Shown here: in pieces, positions 36,100 through 48,999 of the stretch
How positions within the stretch are numbered: the first letter of the stretch is position 1
Layout of the letters: each line of letters begins with the position of its first letter
DNA from: Raillietiella orientalis
Taxonomy: Eukaryota
Assembly: GCA_036172245.1 (NCBI GenBank)
Contig: JAYWIR010000031.1
Span: 1,302,001 to 1,366,000, forward strand
Reading direction: 5' to 3'
Length of the DNA: 64,000 nucleotides
Made by a program: the position numbers and the translations under genes
Notes under the pieces: generated by a model
Told to the model about the DNA's origin: nothing
Seen by the model: the letters and a program-made list of their open reading frames with translations, nothing else
Databases searched by the model: none

Positions 36100-39000
36100 G
36101 ACGAACAGCCAAAGCCTTTTGTTCCAGAGGTTTCGTGGGCGAGGTGGCACCACAAAAAGTCTTTCAGCGTGCGCGGAACGTTGTGATCATTGCCCATTTG
36201 AATCACCACAAACGAAACCATCGATCCTCCGTTTTCGAAAGAGCACGCTGTGGATTTCTGACAGAGGACAACCAGAGCAGCCGCGGACGGCGTGAGAGAA
36301 GTTTTTTTTTTTTGTTTTCTTTCCTAAACCCTTCTGGCGCAAAGCAAGCAAGAAAGAAAAACACGCGCCACGTGAAGGAGAGCGAGTAACCCGTGCATCC
36401 GAGAGATGACATTTCCGCATGTTAACCAACACACTGGCATCTCATATGTCCCTCGCAAGCAATCTGAGAACTCCCTTACGGCGCAAGCGACTTCGCATTC
36501 CCCATCCACGGCGGTGTGCTGACGGAAAAACACCATCACCCAGCTGCTCTCGCACCGGGTTTCACAAACGATACGGATGTTCTCAACCAGATGGATTCCT
36601 TGATGAGTAGTAAATTCTGTGGCGTTGCAAACATTTGGTTTTCTGCTATTCGGTTTGTGGTGGAGATGCCTTCGAGCCGTTCGGCGCGGTGTCAAAGGCA
36701 TCTCGAGAGGCGCTGGATCGGGAAGACCAGGAAAAGAGACGGGGGACCGTCTTAAGCACTCGACGGATCAGCAAGTGGTCAGAGAGGCGGAGATCTCGAC
36801 TCAACCAGGTTTCAGTTATCCTCGTCGCACGACCTGAGTTTTCACTACATCTTAAGATCCGCGTTCGGAACAGCACCGCTAACAAGCAGACGGATTCTCT
36901 GGAAGGAGGAAACCCTCACACTTATTGCGACGGTGTGAGTACGCTTTTCGGTTGATTATACTCGTGAGCATTAAAGGTGGAAGGCGAAACCACGCGCGCG
37001 CAAACGGGACGAAGAATCTCCATGGCACCTCTCTTTGGAACTTTCCATTTTCAAAAAACGAATTTCTCGCACACGAGGAAACACCTAAAACAGATTCTGC
37101 TTCCGCTCTCCTGGAGTCTGAGAACTTCCTCACGTGCACCAAAGGGAGAGCAGCAGGTGATAATCAGAGCAATAGCGGGATGGACAACCAAACTCCCATT
37201 TCGAAGTGAGAAAGTACTCGGATTCAGGTTGTACCCGGCAAACGAGTCCCTGCACACGAATCCGGTGGTGCCCTCGGTTCTTGGAAACCATGGCATCCGC
37301 GGGCACTCGCTGTTTGAAAATCGCCAAACTAAAATCCTGAATTTATTGCCAACCGATTGCTAGCAACCGCAATGGCACGATTAGCGCGTGATTCAGATTG
37401 CAGTCAGTTGAGTCAACCACTTGGTTTCAAGGTTCCCGGAGGCGATGCAGGTTAGAACAAGATCGCTGGACTCCTAAGACCTTGACTGCTGACCATTTTG
37501 CACCTTTTGTACCGGGAAGGAAGCGTGTGTACATCCAGCAGCAACTGCAACATCCTCACAGGACATCCTACATTTCGACTGCTAATCGAAACTTGCAGAA
37601 TGCCACGTGTCACGAATGCCACGAACACGAATACACGGACGCCAACGCAAAAGAGAAGGCCCGTTTGCTCCACGCAACTTGTGCAGCACCGTGTACGAAG
37701 TCTTGCAGACTGTACCGTACCATTTTCCCTACTCACATCACTTTCGATCTCCAAAGCGAAAGACCGGATTGGATTTTCGATGGTGCCTTTGTCGACGGGA
37801 ATAGGCAGCAATGGTCTGCTCTACGGAGAAACCACACAGCAGCCACAGAGCAATCCACGGATAGAACGCATTTTCGGGAACTTTGCAGCTAAAACTATGC
37901 GCGTCAAACGGTGAAACCTTCGTCTATGCTGCAGCAAAAAAAAAAAAAAAACCTTTCAAACATTTGATTTTATGTTTTGCAAATTACATACCCTTTTGTG
38001 CAAGACACAAAAAGCTGGGCATCTGTTATGCAGATGCATAGTATTCAGATGAAAAAATCTTTAGTTACATTTTTATCATGCAAATAATAGGAAGGCACCT
38101 AAAAGCACTTACGTCTCGACAGCAAGGCATCTCCTCGCTGTCAGGACGACTAGTTGATACTTGCTGGAATGCTTCACATTTTCCATAAAAGTCTCGTAGT
38201 TATAGAAAAATAGCACTGCTACAGCACAAGCATGGAGTGAGCAAAAACACTTCACCGTAGGGTTCCTGGCAGACAGAAAAGCTTGAAAAACGGGAAAAAG
38301 CTCTGGTGGAACTCTGGTAGAAAGACCAACAGCTTCAAGGATGACGGTCTAAGCACACTTTGTGACCATAGGTTAAGGACAGTTATTACCAGAGAAATCC
38401 AGAGCTCGAGGACAAAAATAAACCACGTAGAAACCGAAGCACGGGATGGACATTTGCACCCACAGGTCAACAGCTGAAAAACTCTCAGGAATACCTCCAG
38501 CACGGCGTCGGACGCGTCTCATCCACAACTCTTGCTTTTCATCTTATTATCCTACACACCTGACACCAAAAGGGGCAAATTTAGCTGTAAGCAAGAAAAC
38601 AGAGGACTGAATCAGAGGACAGAAGCAACCATGACGTAAAGACCCGATTTCCTTCCGCTCCCGCAAGAGAAGCATCGCAATTTGTGGGGATATTAAGAGT
38701 CTCACTGTCTATATTGAATTTCTGCTCCAATTTTTAGTTTTCACCAGGGCGGGAACATGTGCTGCAAGAAAAAAAGCTTCTACTAGCAACCTGTGGTAGT
38801 GACTTCCCTACAATCAAAAGTTTGGCGGTCCCCATTCATCACAAGGGCCAATAAACAAACTACTGTATCCATCCCAGCTGTCTCTTCAAAAACGTGTCCT
38901 TTGGATTCTAAGGGATGCAAACTTAGAAAGTTCGAGCGACCATTGGTACACCCATGCTAATGCAGCACGACGCTTTCTGCGGCCTTTTTCGCTTTCCATC

Positions 39001-39100
39001 CCTTTGGGTAACCTCGACACAAACAAAATGGAGGAGGACTCTTTGAATTTACCCTTGCAACCAAATAGGATGGGATCACTTGGAGACCCCACATCAGTGT
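36100..39100 (+). mobile_element. Very decayed L1/Tx1-like ORF2 remnant
   Basis: APFVPGRKRVYI (GFVPGR.I, about 37500), NLQNATCHECHE (D..KAFD.V.H, about 37590), VW...SKTCPLDSKGC...HPC (zf-RVT-like, about 38820-38960). Confidence 0.45.
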
Positions 39101-40309
39101 ACTAGGTAGCAACGAGTTTTAAATTAAATGCGTGCATAAAAAGTGCAAACCGTACGAGCGCACACGACATGTCGAGACCACTCTTGCGTAGCAAACGAGC
39201 ACGTGTTCCCAAAATCACAACCGCCCTTCTCGGTTTCCTGCATTATCCGGGGAGCCCAGAAGAGCTGCCTGGCAACGCTCATCACCTTACTCAAGCTCGA
39301 ACTTTGAACACGGAGCTTCCATGTTATCTCACTGCGTTCACACTTTTGCCTACATACTCCCTATGGTTACAGTTTAATAATCCCATTGAGTTCGTTTTCT
39401 GAGCGTTTATTCTCCAGCTCGGGGAATGTAATGAAAAAGCTCATCAGAGATGGATGGTTTTCCTTGTAATGCTTAAGCAAGATGGCTTCGCATGCTGAAG
39501 GGTCGGTACGCATCCGTGATACCCACTCCTCGAATGCACGGATGCTGGGGCACCGGATGTTGTGGCCCCTTCCCACGGGTACGGTAAACGCACCTCCACC
39601 TAACAGCAGGTCTTGAAACTAGGAGCGTCCAGCAACATCCAAATCGAACCTCTTGAAGAAGCCATTGCAACCACTTGCAGATTACCTCACAGTCATTTTT
39701 TTTTGTGTGTGTGTGTGGTGTGTGTGTGTGTGGTTTCACCTCGCATATGGGAGACGGTGACCCAACACCAGAGCGATACAGATTTATTGTACAGCTGTTT
39801 CTTTTACCTGCACACTCAAATGCAATGAAAATGATCACTTAAAAACCTGAAAGTACTCCAGTGTGCAAAATTGCACGGTAAGACTACACGTTTTAAATAA
39901 ACCAAGGATTATGCCAAACATTTTTTTCCAAACTGTTTTATATTATAAATATTTCTCTTATACATGTCCATATAAATCAGTTTCGAGAATTTCAAAATTA
40001 TTGCTCTGAGGGGAATGCCATGAGAAATCTTGAGTTACCAGTGCTGCTGCCTCTAACGGGGAAAAGATATTGTATCTTGGACAACAACAACAACCACTGC
40101 AGCCAGAGGATGTATCACACAGGTCCACTGCAGATGTCCAACTCTTGGAGGAGGGGTGGGGGGGGGGATTTCACTGAATACAATTGGAAATGAATGCAGC
40201 CATGTCATTCGGTTGGAAGTTTTTTTTTCGGATAAAAATTCAAATGTCATCAGGTATGAAAACATCTACAAAAAATCGTGTACCAACAGCGTAGCAATGA
40301 GCATTTTCA

Positions 40310-41383
40310 TCAGGCAAGATCCTTTCCTTCAAGGCGCCTCGCTAAATCGGCAATGAACTCCTTGAAAATTAAAGGGTCCATGTTCTTCCCCAGCAAATGC
40401 ATCACGAACCAGTCACCTATTTGACATTTTCGATTGATGATTTCTATTTGTGTAGGAGGTGCAAGGCGCGAGCGTGCACGCAGGATGTAGTAGCGCACCT
40501 GGCTATTGCATATTACGGCCAGTCTATAGAGAAGAGCGAGACCACTGATTATTGAGAGGATGATGAACCAGAACCAGATGAAGATCATGATCTTCTCGTT
40601 AACGATATTCAACGGAAGGACACAGAGGCCATCAAATTTCTGCACCGTTCCGGATGGACCATACTTATGGAAGGTGCACTTGGTAACCTTGGGGAACACT
40701 TTGGCCATCGGGTCGATCCTCTCTTCTGGTTCCATCTCCGTGTAAGCAATCACGTCACTGCCATACGTAGTGAACTCCCCACCGAGAAAGAGGTCCAAAA
40801 AATAAATCTGACCGATGACGTTCGCAAAGTTCAAAGCCTCGCAGATGAAAAACTTGATGGCATAGAAGTTATGAGAGTGCAGATTGCCCACAAAGTAATC
40901 GACTAACAACCTCTTTCTGTCGTTCTTCGCCTTCTCCTCGACAATGGGCTGATTCAGATCCATGACAAGCATCTTTATCTTCCCTCCTTCCGACACTTTC
41001 CAGTAATACCGTGGCACAAAGAACAGCAAGGCTTGGAAAAAGAGGAAGAAACACACCCACTGGTAGTACTTGTGATACCGAACTTCATCCCCTTCTGCGG
41101 GACTCGCGATTCCGGGATGCGGGACGTGCGAACCTATCTGTTGGAAACGGTTCGGAATCGTAAAGGTGCTGTGAATCCAACAGTACGTATCCATAACGTT
41201 CGCGGGTATACCTTCGACGATACAGTCTATCGGGTCACCAATATACTGCCTGCTGGTCACTAGCAGGCTGAACGCCACCAGGATTACCACGGTCGCCTTG
41301 TAATGGAGCCTGAACACGTTATTGTCAATGCACACGGAATCGAGGCGCACCAAGCCCCTCAGGGATCCAAATATGTCGAACAT
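40310..41383 (-). CDS. inx2: Innexin-2, single coding exon, 357 aa
   Basis: MFDIFGSLRGLVRLDSVCIDNNVFRLHYKATV, GDPIDC, DTYCWIHSTF, YHKYYQWVCF, DPMAKVFPKVTKCTFHKYGPSG, CVLPLNIVNEK, IGDWF; closely matches arthropod Inx2 as I recall it. Confidence 0.97.
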   Translation of the reverse strand: MFDIFGSLRGLVRLDSVCIDNNVFRLHYKATVVILVAFSLLVTSRQYIGDPIDCIVEGIPANVMDTYCWIHSTFTIPNRFQQIGSHVPHPGIASPAEGDEVRYHKYYQWVCFFLFFQALLFFVPRYYWKVSEGGKIKMLVMDLNQPIVEEKAKNDRKRLLVDYFVGNLHSHNFYAIKFFICEALNFANVIGQIYFLDLFLGGEFTTYGSDVIAYTEMEPEERIDPMAKVFPKVTKCTFHKYGPSGTVQKFDGLCVLPLNIVNEKIMIFIWFWFIILSIISGLALLYRLAVICNSQVRYYILRARSRLAPPTQIEIINRKCQIGDWFVMHLLGKNMDPLIFKEFIADLARRLEGKDLA

Positions 41384-41519
41384 CTTCTGCGTATCGATCC
41401 ACTCTTTCGCTACTTGGCGTTCGGAGGCACTTTACCGAGCAAGCTTCAGGCTGGAGACGCACCACACGTTTAATGCATTGCACATGCCACGTGCATTCAG
41501 CCTCACGCCACGCTCTCCC

Positions 41520-41700
41520 TCATAGACTGCGTCCCGAACCAGCGCTTCGCTGCTCTTGACGCAGGTCCGGAATCACGTCCTCATTGGCTGCGCATACAGA
41601 AGAATAGGAAGAAGGAATTTCCCCGCAGGGCCCGTTTCGGAAAGCATCCTACCATGCGGCGCGTACGCTCGTAACGGAAAGAGGGCAGCCAATCTGTAGG
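41520..41700 (-). promoter_or_regulatory. Putative inx2 promoter with two CCAAT boxes
   Basis: cagccaatga on the minus strand at 41581-41590, cagccaatc on the plus strand at 41686-41694, and an Inr-like GCAGTC near 41530. Confidence 0.3.
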
Positions 41701-41950
41701 TACTGCCATAACCATAATTTCAAAAGCCACCCCCTCTTTGTTAACATGGCTGGAAAGCCTTTCTGGTATGTTTTATTTGAGGTGCGCGACATTCATCGCA
41801 AATGAGAACGACGATGGGGAAAAAACTTTTCCTTTTTTTTTTCTTCTTCTTCTTCTTCTAAAAAAAAAAAAAAAATTTATTTCGACAACCGCTTGATCGA
41901 GAAGCAAGCTTTCATCCCTGAAAATCCCTAGACTCTTCTGCGACATCTCA

Positions 41951-44900
41951 TCATACATCGACTTTGGCAACGGGCACTACCGATTTGCTGATAAACATTT
42001 CAAGATCAATATGGGGAACGGCTTGGGAAACGGGAATGTCTTCGATGCTCAGCAGGGATTCCGTACTCGTGTTCGGGTTTTCCCGCTGCTCGGACACGCC
42101 GTGGGTCACATTCATTCCGTGTGATTCTTCTGGAAACGAAATGATTTCCAGTTCATCATTCGTCTTTGTTTCTTGATTGACTTCGGTGGAAACACCAGCT
42201 TGAGGTACTGAATCGAAAACATCCTTGGGTTCCACTGCTGCATCATCTGTTCCTTCTATTCCATTGCTAACTGCCATTTCAGTTTCACTTTCGACATCCA
42301 TGGAGTTCTGTATTTCTTTCAACACATACGCACTGAACAACTAAGGCATCTGGGTTCTATCAGTTTTTACAGAGACTGTCTCCTCACCTCATCCAACTTG
42401 TTTTTGCCATCCTCACGATTTTTCTCCAGCTTGTTCATTAATTCTTTGTCATGAAGAGCAGGATCTGCAGCCAAATCAGCCTGATCGGTTAAATAATTTC
42501 CAAACAGATCCCAGAAATCTCTACGCCGCCGGTCTTGAAGAAGCTGACCAACTTCTTGAAAAAGCTGACTAGCTAGAACACAATCTGTGTACAGCCCTCC
42601 TTTCAGCACCACACACCCACTAATTGCAGCACATTAGCAGATAAGTGCAGTTCATGTTTTGTATTCGCTTGCTGCACCAGCTCATAAATGTCCTCAAAAT
42701 CTGGGAATTGCTGTCTTTTATTTAAAAAATGGCTCAGTTCTGAATTAATCTCAGGGTAGCGAGAGCCTATTGGAAACTGTTTTATATCTTCATTGATTTG
42801 CAACTACTTACCATGAAAACGAATGCGTTTCTCAATGTAACGACCCGTTCGCTCTGATCTACCAGTCAGTTGACATATCTTCTTCCAAACCTTCACAAAA
42901 CGCTTCTGTAACCTGCAACGATGCTGACTTCATGAACGTGTGTAGCTTGGCTATATACCTCTCCTCCCACAGGCACATCCGATCTTCATTTTCATCCAGA
43001 AGGCATAAATCCCGTTTCTGAAGTTCTTGGATTTTTTTATGCAATGCCTGATAACAATAATTACAGTAGTAACAAACAGTTCTAACACTCACTTGTAACA
43101 TGTACTCAAGGCGAGCTACTCGTTTTGAGGTTTCCTGCTCAAGGGGTGTTGAAACTCGAATGTTGTGAGCACTCTCAGAACTGGCAGAATGTTTTCTCTT
43201 TCTGGATCCACTGATGTTTAATTCATCATACACATTTTTAATGTACACAAACAAATTACTGGGGTTAGTCTCAATCTTCTTCATCTGAAAAGTATATCAT
43301 ACACAGTCTAAAAGCGAATGTAACAACCTCTTGCTGCAATATACAACTGAAACTATATGACAGAATGTAATGCTGATTAGCTCGCTCGTAGGCTCGATTT
43401 AGTTTGGAGATGATTTTGATTTCATCTTCTTGAAGCAGTGATCGACACATGGATAAAAACTACAAAATAGATTTTGTTAATTTTGTGCATCATAATTTCC
43501 AACTTTCAAATCTAAATCAACAGCTATACCTCATTATTGACTCGATTTCTTGCAAACTATTTCTTAGAGGACCTTCAAAATGTATTTAAATCCCATGGAA
43601 ACATTCGATTGAAAGTTTCGCTTTCAGAAATAACCACAGTTTGGATCAGAATATCAGCCTACTTTTTCAATTGTACCATATGAAAAAAAAAAAAAACTAA
43701 TCTGCACCATGCCATTTCAGGCTGTGAACTTTGGCAGTAAACAGATCCTCCAAAATGTCACTCAAAGCACTAAATCCCCATTATCACCACATCATCTCTT
43801 TATTAAGCATATAACTGAACAAGTACTGAGCTAATAAACCAAAAAACTAAAAAATCTTATTTCCATTTGCCAGCTGTTTGCATTTGTGCTGTTCTATGTA
43901 TTTTGCAAAAATATAAATTGCACACCTAATGCAAATCCATACATAAATGTCATATATTGAGGATATATAAGACAGAATGTCAACAACTGAATCCAACGAT
44001 GCAATAAATTTTGCTTACCAACACTTCCCCTTATAGTCCAAATGATAGTCTCAGACAGAGTAGACAACGTACAGGTATTAAATTAACATGGAGAAAAATG
44101 TTAGACATATGCAACCTAATGCAAACAATCCAAACAAACCATTTTACAGAACCTGAACTAATATTGTAAACAAATTTTCCGTGCTTGAAACCTTTAGCTG
44201 CTTTGTAATTAATCAATACATTAAAAATAAAGATAACCATACTGAAAAATATCTTTTGAAAATTAATAAATCTTGCTTTCTCATACTGATGAAAGTCAAC
44301 AAAATTGATTACCGATAATTCTTTTGCACACAAAGAACAGTAAACACGATAATAGGAATGACCTACATAGAAAACAAAACAGGTTCATTAATTCTGAGAA
44401 TCTCATACTCAAGATATGGCCTTACAATTGTAGACAATCAAAGAATGTAGTTTTTAATTCTGTTGTGAATGAGATAAAAATAAAGAATAGGATAGAACAA
44501 TTCAAGAACTAAGTTTCAGCACAGGAAAACTTTTTCCACAACTACTTTTCTGTACAAAACAAAAAGAATCCCTAACTTCAATAAATCAGAGCACTAAGGA
44601 AAACATCAAAGGAAAGTGTTGTATCAAGTATTGAATTTATTTGTCTTCATTGAAAAAACATAATGAAACTAGATAAGTCAAAATTGTCCATTACAAACAC
44701 AAAATGAGAACAATGAAAGTCACACTTGCATATTTTCAACTAGAATTGAAGTCTTAACATTTCAGCAGAAGTAACACATAAGCAAAACATAATATTATGT
44801 GATTACTGTTGCATTTATTTTAACAACTTTCAATGATATTAAGTCACTATTAATACAACAGGGTAATGATGAAGAAAATTAAGTCAGTTGATGTCAATTC

Positions 44901-47296
44901 ATTCAAAAAGAAAAAAAAGAATTTTGCACCAGTTTCAACACGACTTACCTTTTCAAATAAATTAGGCTCCACAGAAGAATCAATGGCAAGAGGATCTCTT
45001 AGCTGACAATCTGATTCCTAAAATAATAGTTTTCATAAATGCATTTATGAATAAGTTACTCTATCAAAGTTTCGAAAAATTTTAAAAGAATGCAGCCATT
45101 TTGAAGAAGCACATCTTCCATATTTTCAAACATGAAAGCACCTGCTGAAAATATTCGTGACTATCAGTTTCATCAAATCCCTATTTCTAGTTGTTTGAAG
45201 TACTATCAAAAGGACATCCAAAAACAAATCTCAGAAAAATAAAACATACTCAGCACAAGTAACTTTGACAACCTTGAAATCATTTCCCAAATTCTAGATT
45301 CACATTACATCACTTAAAAACATAACATCAAAGTTGTTATAATCTGTACATGAAATCCATTAAAAAAACAAAACTACTAAATCATCCACAGAGATTTGCA
45401 TACGAATCTCCGGAATTATAGTGCCAAAGAAATGATGTCCATGTTTCCTACAATAATTACACATGGGCAGACATGGAAAAATAAAAATGTTTTGGATACA
45501 CTTAGACAAAATCAAACTTAATTTCCAAATTTCAATGTGTAAACTGCACAATTTCAACTTATTCACCTTATCACTATCCTATTTTCAGTAATTGAATGCT
45601 CTGTTCAATCATCATATTGAACTGAATCAAACACATTTAAAGTTGATGTAGTGAAAAAAGAACTAGCTTTATAGGATTCAAAAAACTACAGAAAGGAACC
45701 ATGATCGTTGTAACTAAAAGCACAATAGTGAATACCAAAAACCAAAACAATGTGAATAAGGAAGCTATGATGTGAACAACTTCTCGATAACTGTAATGAT
45801 ATAACAGTGTAATCACTTGACATAAAAAGATATTAAAGAAGTAAACAATAATTCAGGTATAAAAAATTAAATTAAGGCCAAAGAACACTTAATGAACAGA
45901 GGAAAACAATAAATATTAGAACTTCGAATTGCAATTATGACAAATGGCATTCCAATATTGAAATAATTTTCGTAAACAACGTAAAAAAACAAAAGTGCAA
46001 TTTTTCATCAGTATGTGATACTTTAATGTTTGTTTTAATAACTCCTCATTGCATAAAAAAAAGTCCAAATGATTATTGCTTCGTGTCTCATGTAAAAATT
46101 GAGAATTCATCTTTGAATTCGAGAAGCATTTTCAAGTTTCCTGTCTCAGAATAATAAAACCTCATTACTCAGATAGTTTTCTAAATCTGACACATAACTG
46201 CAACAAAACTATAAAACTATGGAAAATTATAATAAAAAAAAAACTAGATTTTAAACTATGAATTGCGCAGAGAACCAATCTTTCACAAACTTAACCACAA
46301 TTGTATTTTTTCTCTTTCCCATGGGATTTATTAGGCATAGCAAAACAGTGAGAACAATTCCTACTTTGCATACATTATTTCCTAAATTTCTCAATGATTG
46401 CTGAAATTCAACACTAATTGAATACAAGTGTGATATCCACAGTTATCATGGACATTATAATGTAACCCAGGAAGCACAGTGATTTTATTTATATACCCCA
46501 TTCATTTATGTTTCATTATCTCACAACAAACTCAACCTGAGATCACCCTCTCAGAGAATCCCGGATTCATGGTGCACTATGTCATAATGAAGCTGCCTAT
46601 TTATTCTTTTTTTTCGTCTCTTCTGATACCGATAATCTCAGTCGTTTTGCTGTACTCTAGAGGAATCTACCATGCCATTCCATATGAAAGCCATACTTAT
46701 TGCTAATGCTGCAAACCATGCTAATCAATCAACAGCAAAAAGAATACCACAATATCAACGACACATCCTAGAACCATTGAGTTCCTTCTTATTCATTACT
46801 TGAACTTTGAAATTCCTACAGATTTGAATGCTTTATTCATTTCGAGCACTCTGGGCACTTTGTATCAAATGTCATCAAGGCAGTTCTTTAATTAAAACAG
46901 CATCAAACGGAATGCTACAACATTGAATGTGATTTCCCAATAAATTCGTATTTGAAGGCAGTTCATTTGGTTATATCTGCACTATTAAAGAATCTATTCA
47001 ATGTGCACATAAAACATTATACCGATGGCATATATGTAGTAGTCATACTGATGAAACGTTTAGAAACACCAAAAATAACGCCACATATGCAAATCAACAC
47101 GTACAAATTTCGGGAAATCTTTTAGTATTACATTATAAACGAAAGAGAATGACAACAATTTTTAAAATTTGCGCTTCTGAATTTCACAGTTCTTAATCCA
47201 ATTTACGGATTGAAGAGCACATACAATACATGGTTTCGTTGCATCTGGTTCCACTGCTTCATCATCTGAAGATAACACAATCACATCATCTTCCAT
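41951..47296 (-). CDS. Daxx: Death domain-associated protein 6 (Daxx, histone H3.3 chaperone); 9 exons, 459 aa
   Basis: Exons 47296-47225, 45017-44949, 43459-43328, 43284-43093, 43047-42959, 42912-42812, 42766-42617, 42572-42388, 42340-41951; all GT-AG and phase-consistent (1380 nt). N-terminal SIM MEDDVIVLSSDDE; helical bundle NLFEKFLSMC...NPSNLFVYI; histone-binding domain TGRYIEKRIRFHGSRYPEIN, FPDFEDI, FQEVGQLLQDRR, DPALHD. The 3' end could differ (see findings). Confidence 0.92.
43900..45600 (-). mobile_element. AT-rich decayed LINE fragments within Daxx introns 1 and 2
   Basis: LPMCNYCRKHGHH (ORF1 knuckle-like, about 45470-45430); VDFHQYEKA and FVWIVCIRLHMSNIFLHVN (RT-like, about 44300-44080). 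Confidence 0.4.
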
Positions 47297-48999
47297 TGTG
47301 AGTTACACCTTTTGAAATATTTTTTCACCAGTCACACATGTTTTCCATTGATAAATTGCCATATTTATTCACCTTAGATGAAATCTATTCACCTTCTTAA
47401 TTAACAGGGATCCCAGGTTTCAAATAATTAAATGAAAAAGTATTTCTTTTTTTGGAGTTATTTGCACGGATTTGAAAGAAAACGACTACCAAGCAATAAA
47501 GGAAGAATTTTAGCTAAGAAAAAAGTGTAACTTTTTTCACGCTTCAGTAAAATGCACTATGCAGGTTTAGGCACTCAAAGTAAAGAATTTAAAATTCCAC
47601 TATCAAAACCTTTCTTTAAATCATCATCATCTTCTTCATGCATCATATTGTACGAGATGAACTTTCATTCTTTTCTATTTCTGATAATATTGGAAAATAT
47701 TAGTTGCTTTATTATAAATTTGTTCAAATATAAGCTTGTTATTCTTCTTCAAATATAAGCTTGGATTTCGATGATACTTCTAGAGGTTTTGCTCATGAAT
47801 GTCGCTTCGAAGAATATATCCCAAATTTCAAATAAAAATTTAAAATGATTACTTGAGGAATACCTTTTTTTCTTTCCTAAGCATCGTGTTTATTACTAAT
47901 TCATATTGAGTAAGCGATCTCTTAATGACCATACCATGGAAAGATTTTGTTATGGAGAAAATGCTAGTTATGCAATTCGTATAACCCAACATTCTCATAA
48001 CTTCCATGATCTTTCAGAGATCCCTTATGTGACTATCACAATTGTTTCAAGCTGTATTTGTCATTCCATTTGTATTTCAGTTTTTTTTTTGTAGACACTT
48101 CTGGCAAAAAGTCCAAATCTACAGAACCAGTCTCGCAACTAAACTAGCAAAAACATATAGTGAGGGGAAAATTAGATCTTGAAATAGAATCTACAATAAA
48201 TCACTTCCGTCCCAAATTATGAGCATATATTACAAGATAATGAAATTTGAAGTTATCAATTAAAAATTACAGATCTTGAAATACACATTTATAATAACGG
48301 TCAATTAACACCTTGTAGTACACCCTCCAGTAACACTGTAAAAATTACTGAATAAGAATTTTAAAAGCAGTATGTGAAGCTCTAGAGCGTAGCCATAGCT
48401 ACAGGTGAGATCATTTACTGATGCCTAATTTAGGTTCACCTGAATTCTTCAATGAAATGCCTATTTCGAACATTTAAAACATTAATTCATATGGCTCGAA
48501 TAACTCTCTAAATCAAAAAAACTTACATTTATGATCTACATTACGACTGCTTCGATTTTTAGTGCACGAGATAGAATGTATGCCACCTTGGCAAGATGCT
48601 CAAAACCAGATCATTGAATAATACAGCTTACACACATTTCCCAGTAACACAAATTTATACCCAAGAGAAAAATTCCTGACAAAAATATCAGACAAGTGAA
48701 TATGATTTATCTGACTATTCAATTTGTATAAAAAATAAGGTGTAAATTAAAATGCTGTCAAAATAAGGCATCTTATTTATGCATGTATGTCGTACAATTT
48801 GACACAATAAGCTTCTTTTGTTGCTACAGAACCATCATTCTGGAGGACTACCCTCAGAAAACAAACGGAAGCTTGAATATGGCAAGCTACGTGTGGAAAG
48901 AAACGCTTTACAGCTGATGTTTATTGAAAAGAGGTATCAGCGACCAAAAATGTGTTGGTAAATTCACCGAGTGTAGCATTTATTAAATATGAAATTGTG

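Noticed and set aside
42859..43284. 141-aa ORF as a standalone protein
   Set aside because: It is Daxx exons 4-5 read through micro-introns.
47723..47763. 16-nt direct repeat ttcaaatataagcttg upstream of Daxx
   Set aside because: Real but small; consistent with a local slippage duplication, with no evidence of function.
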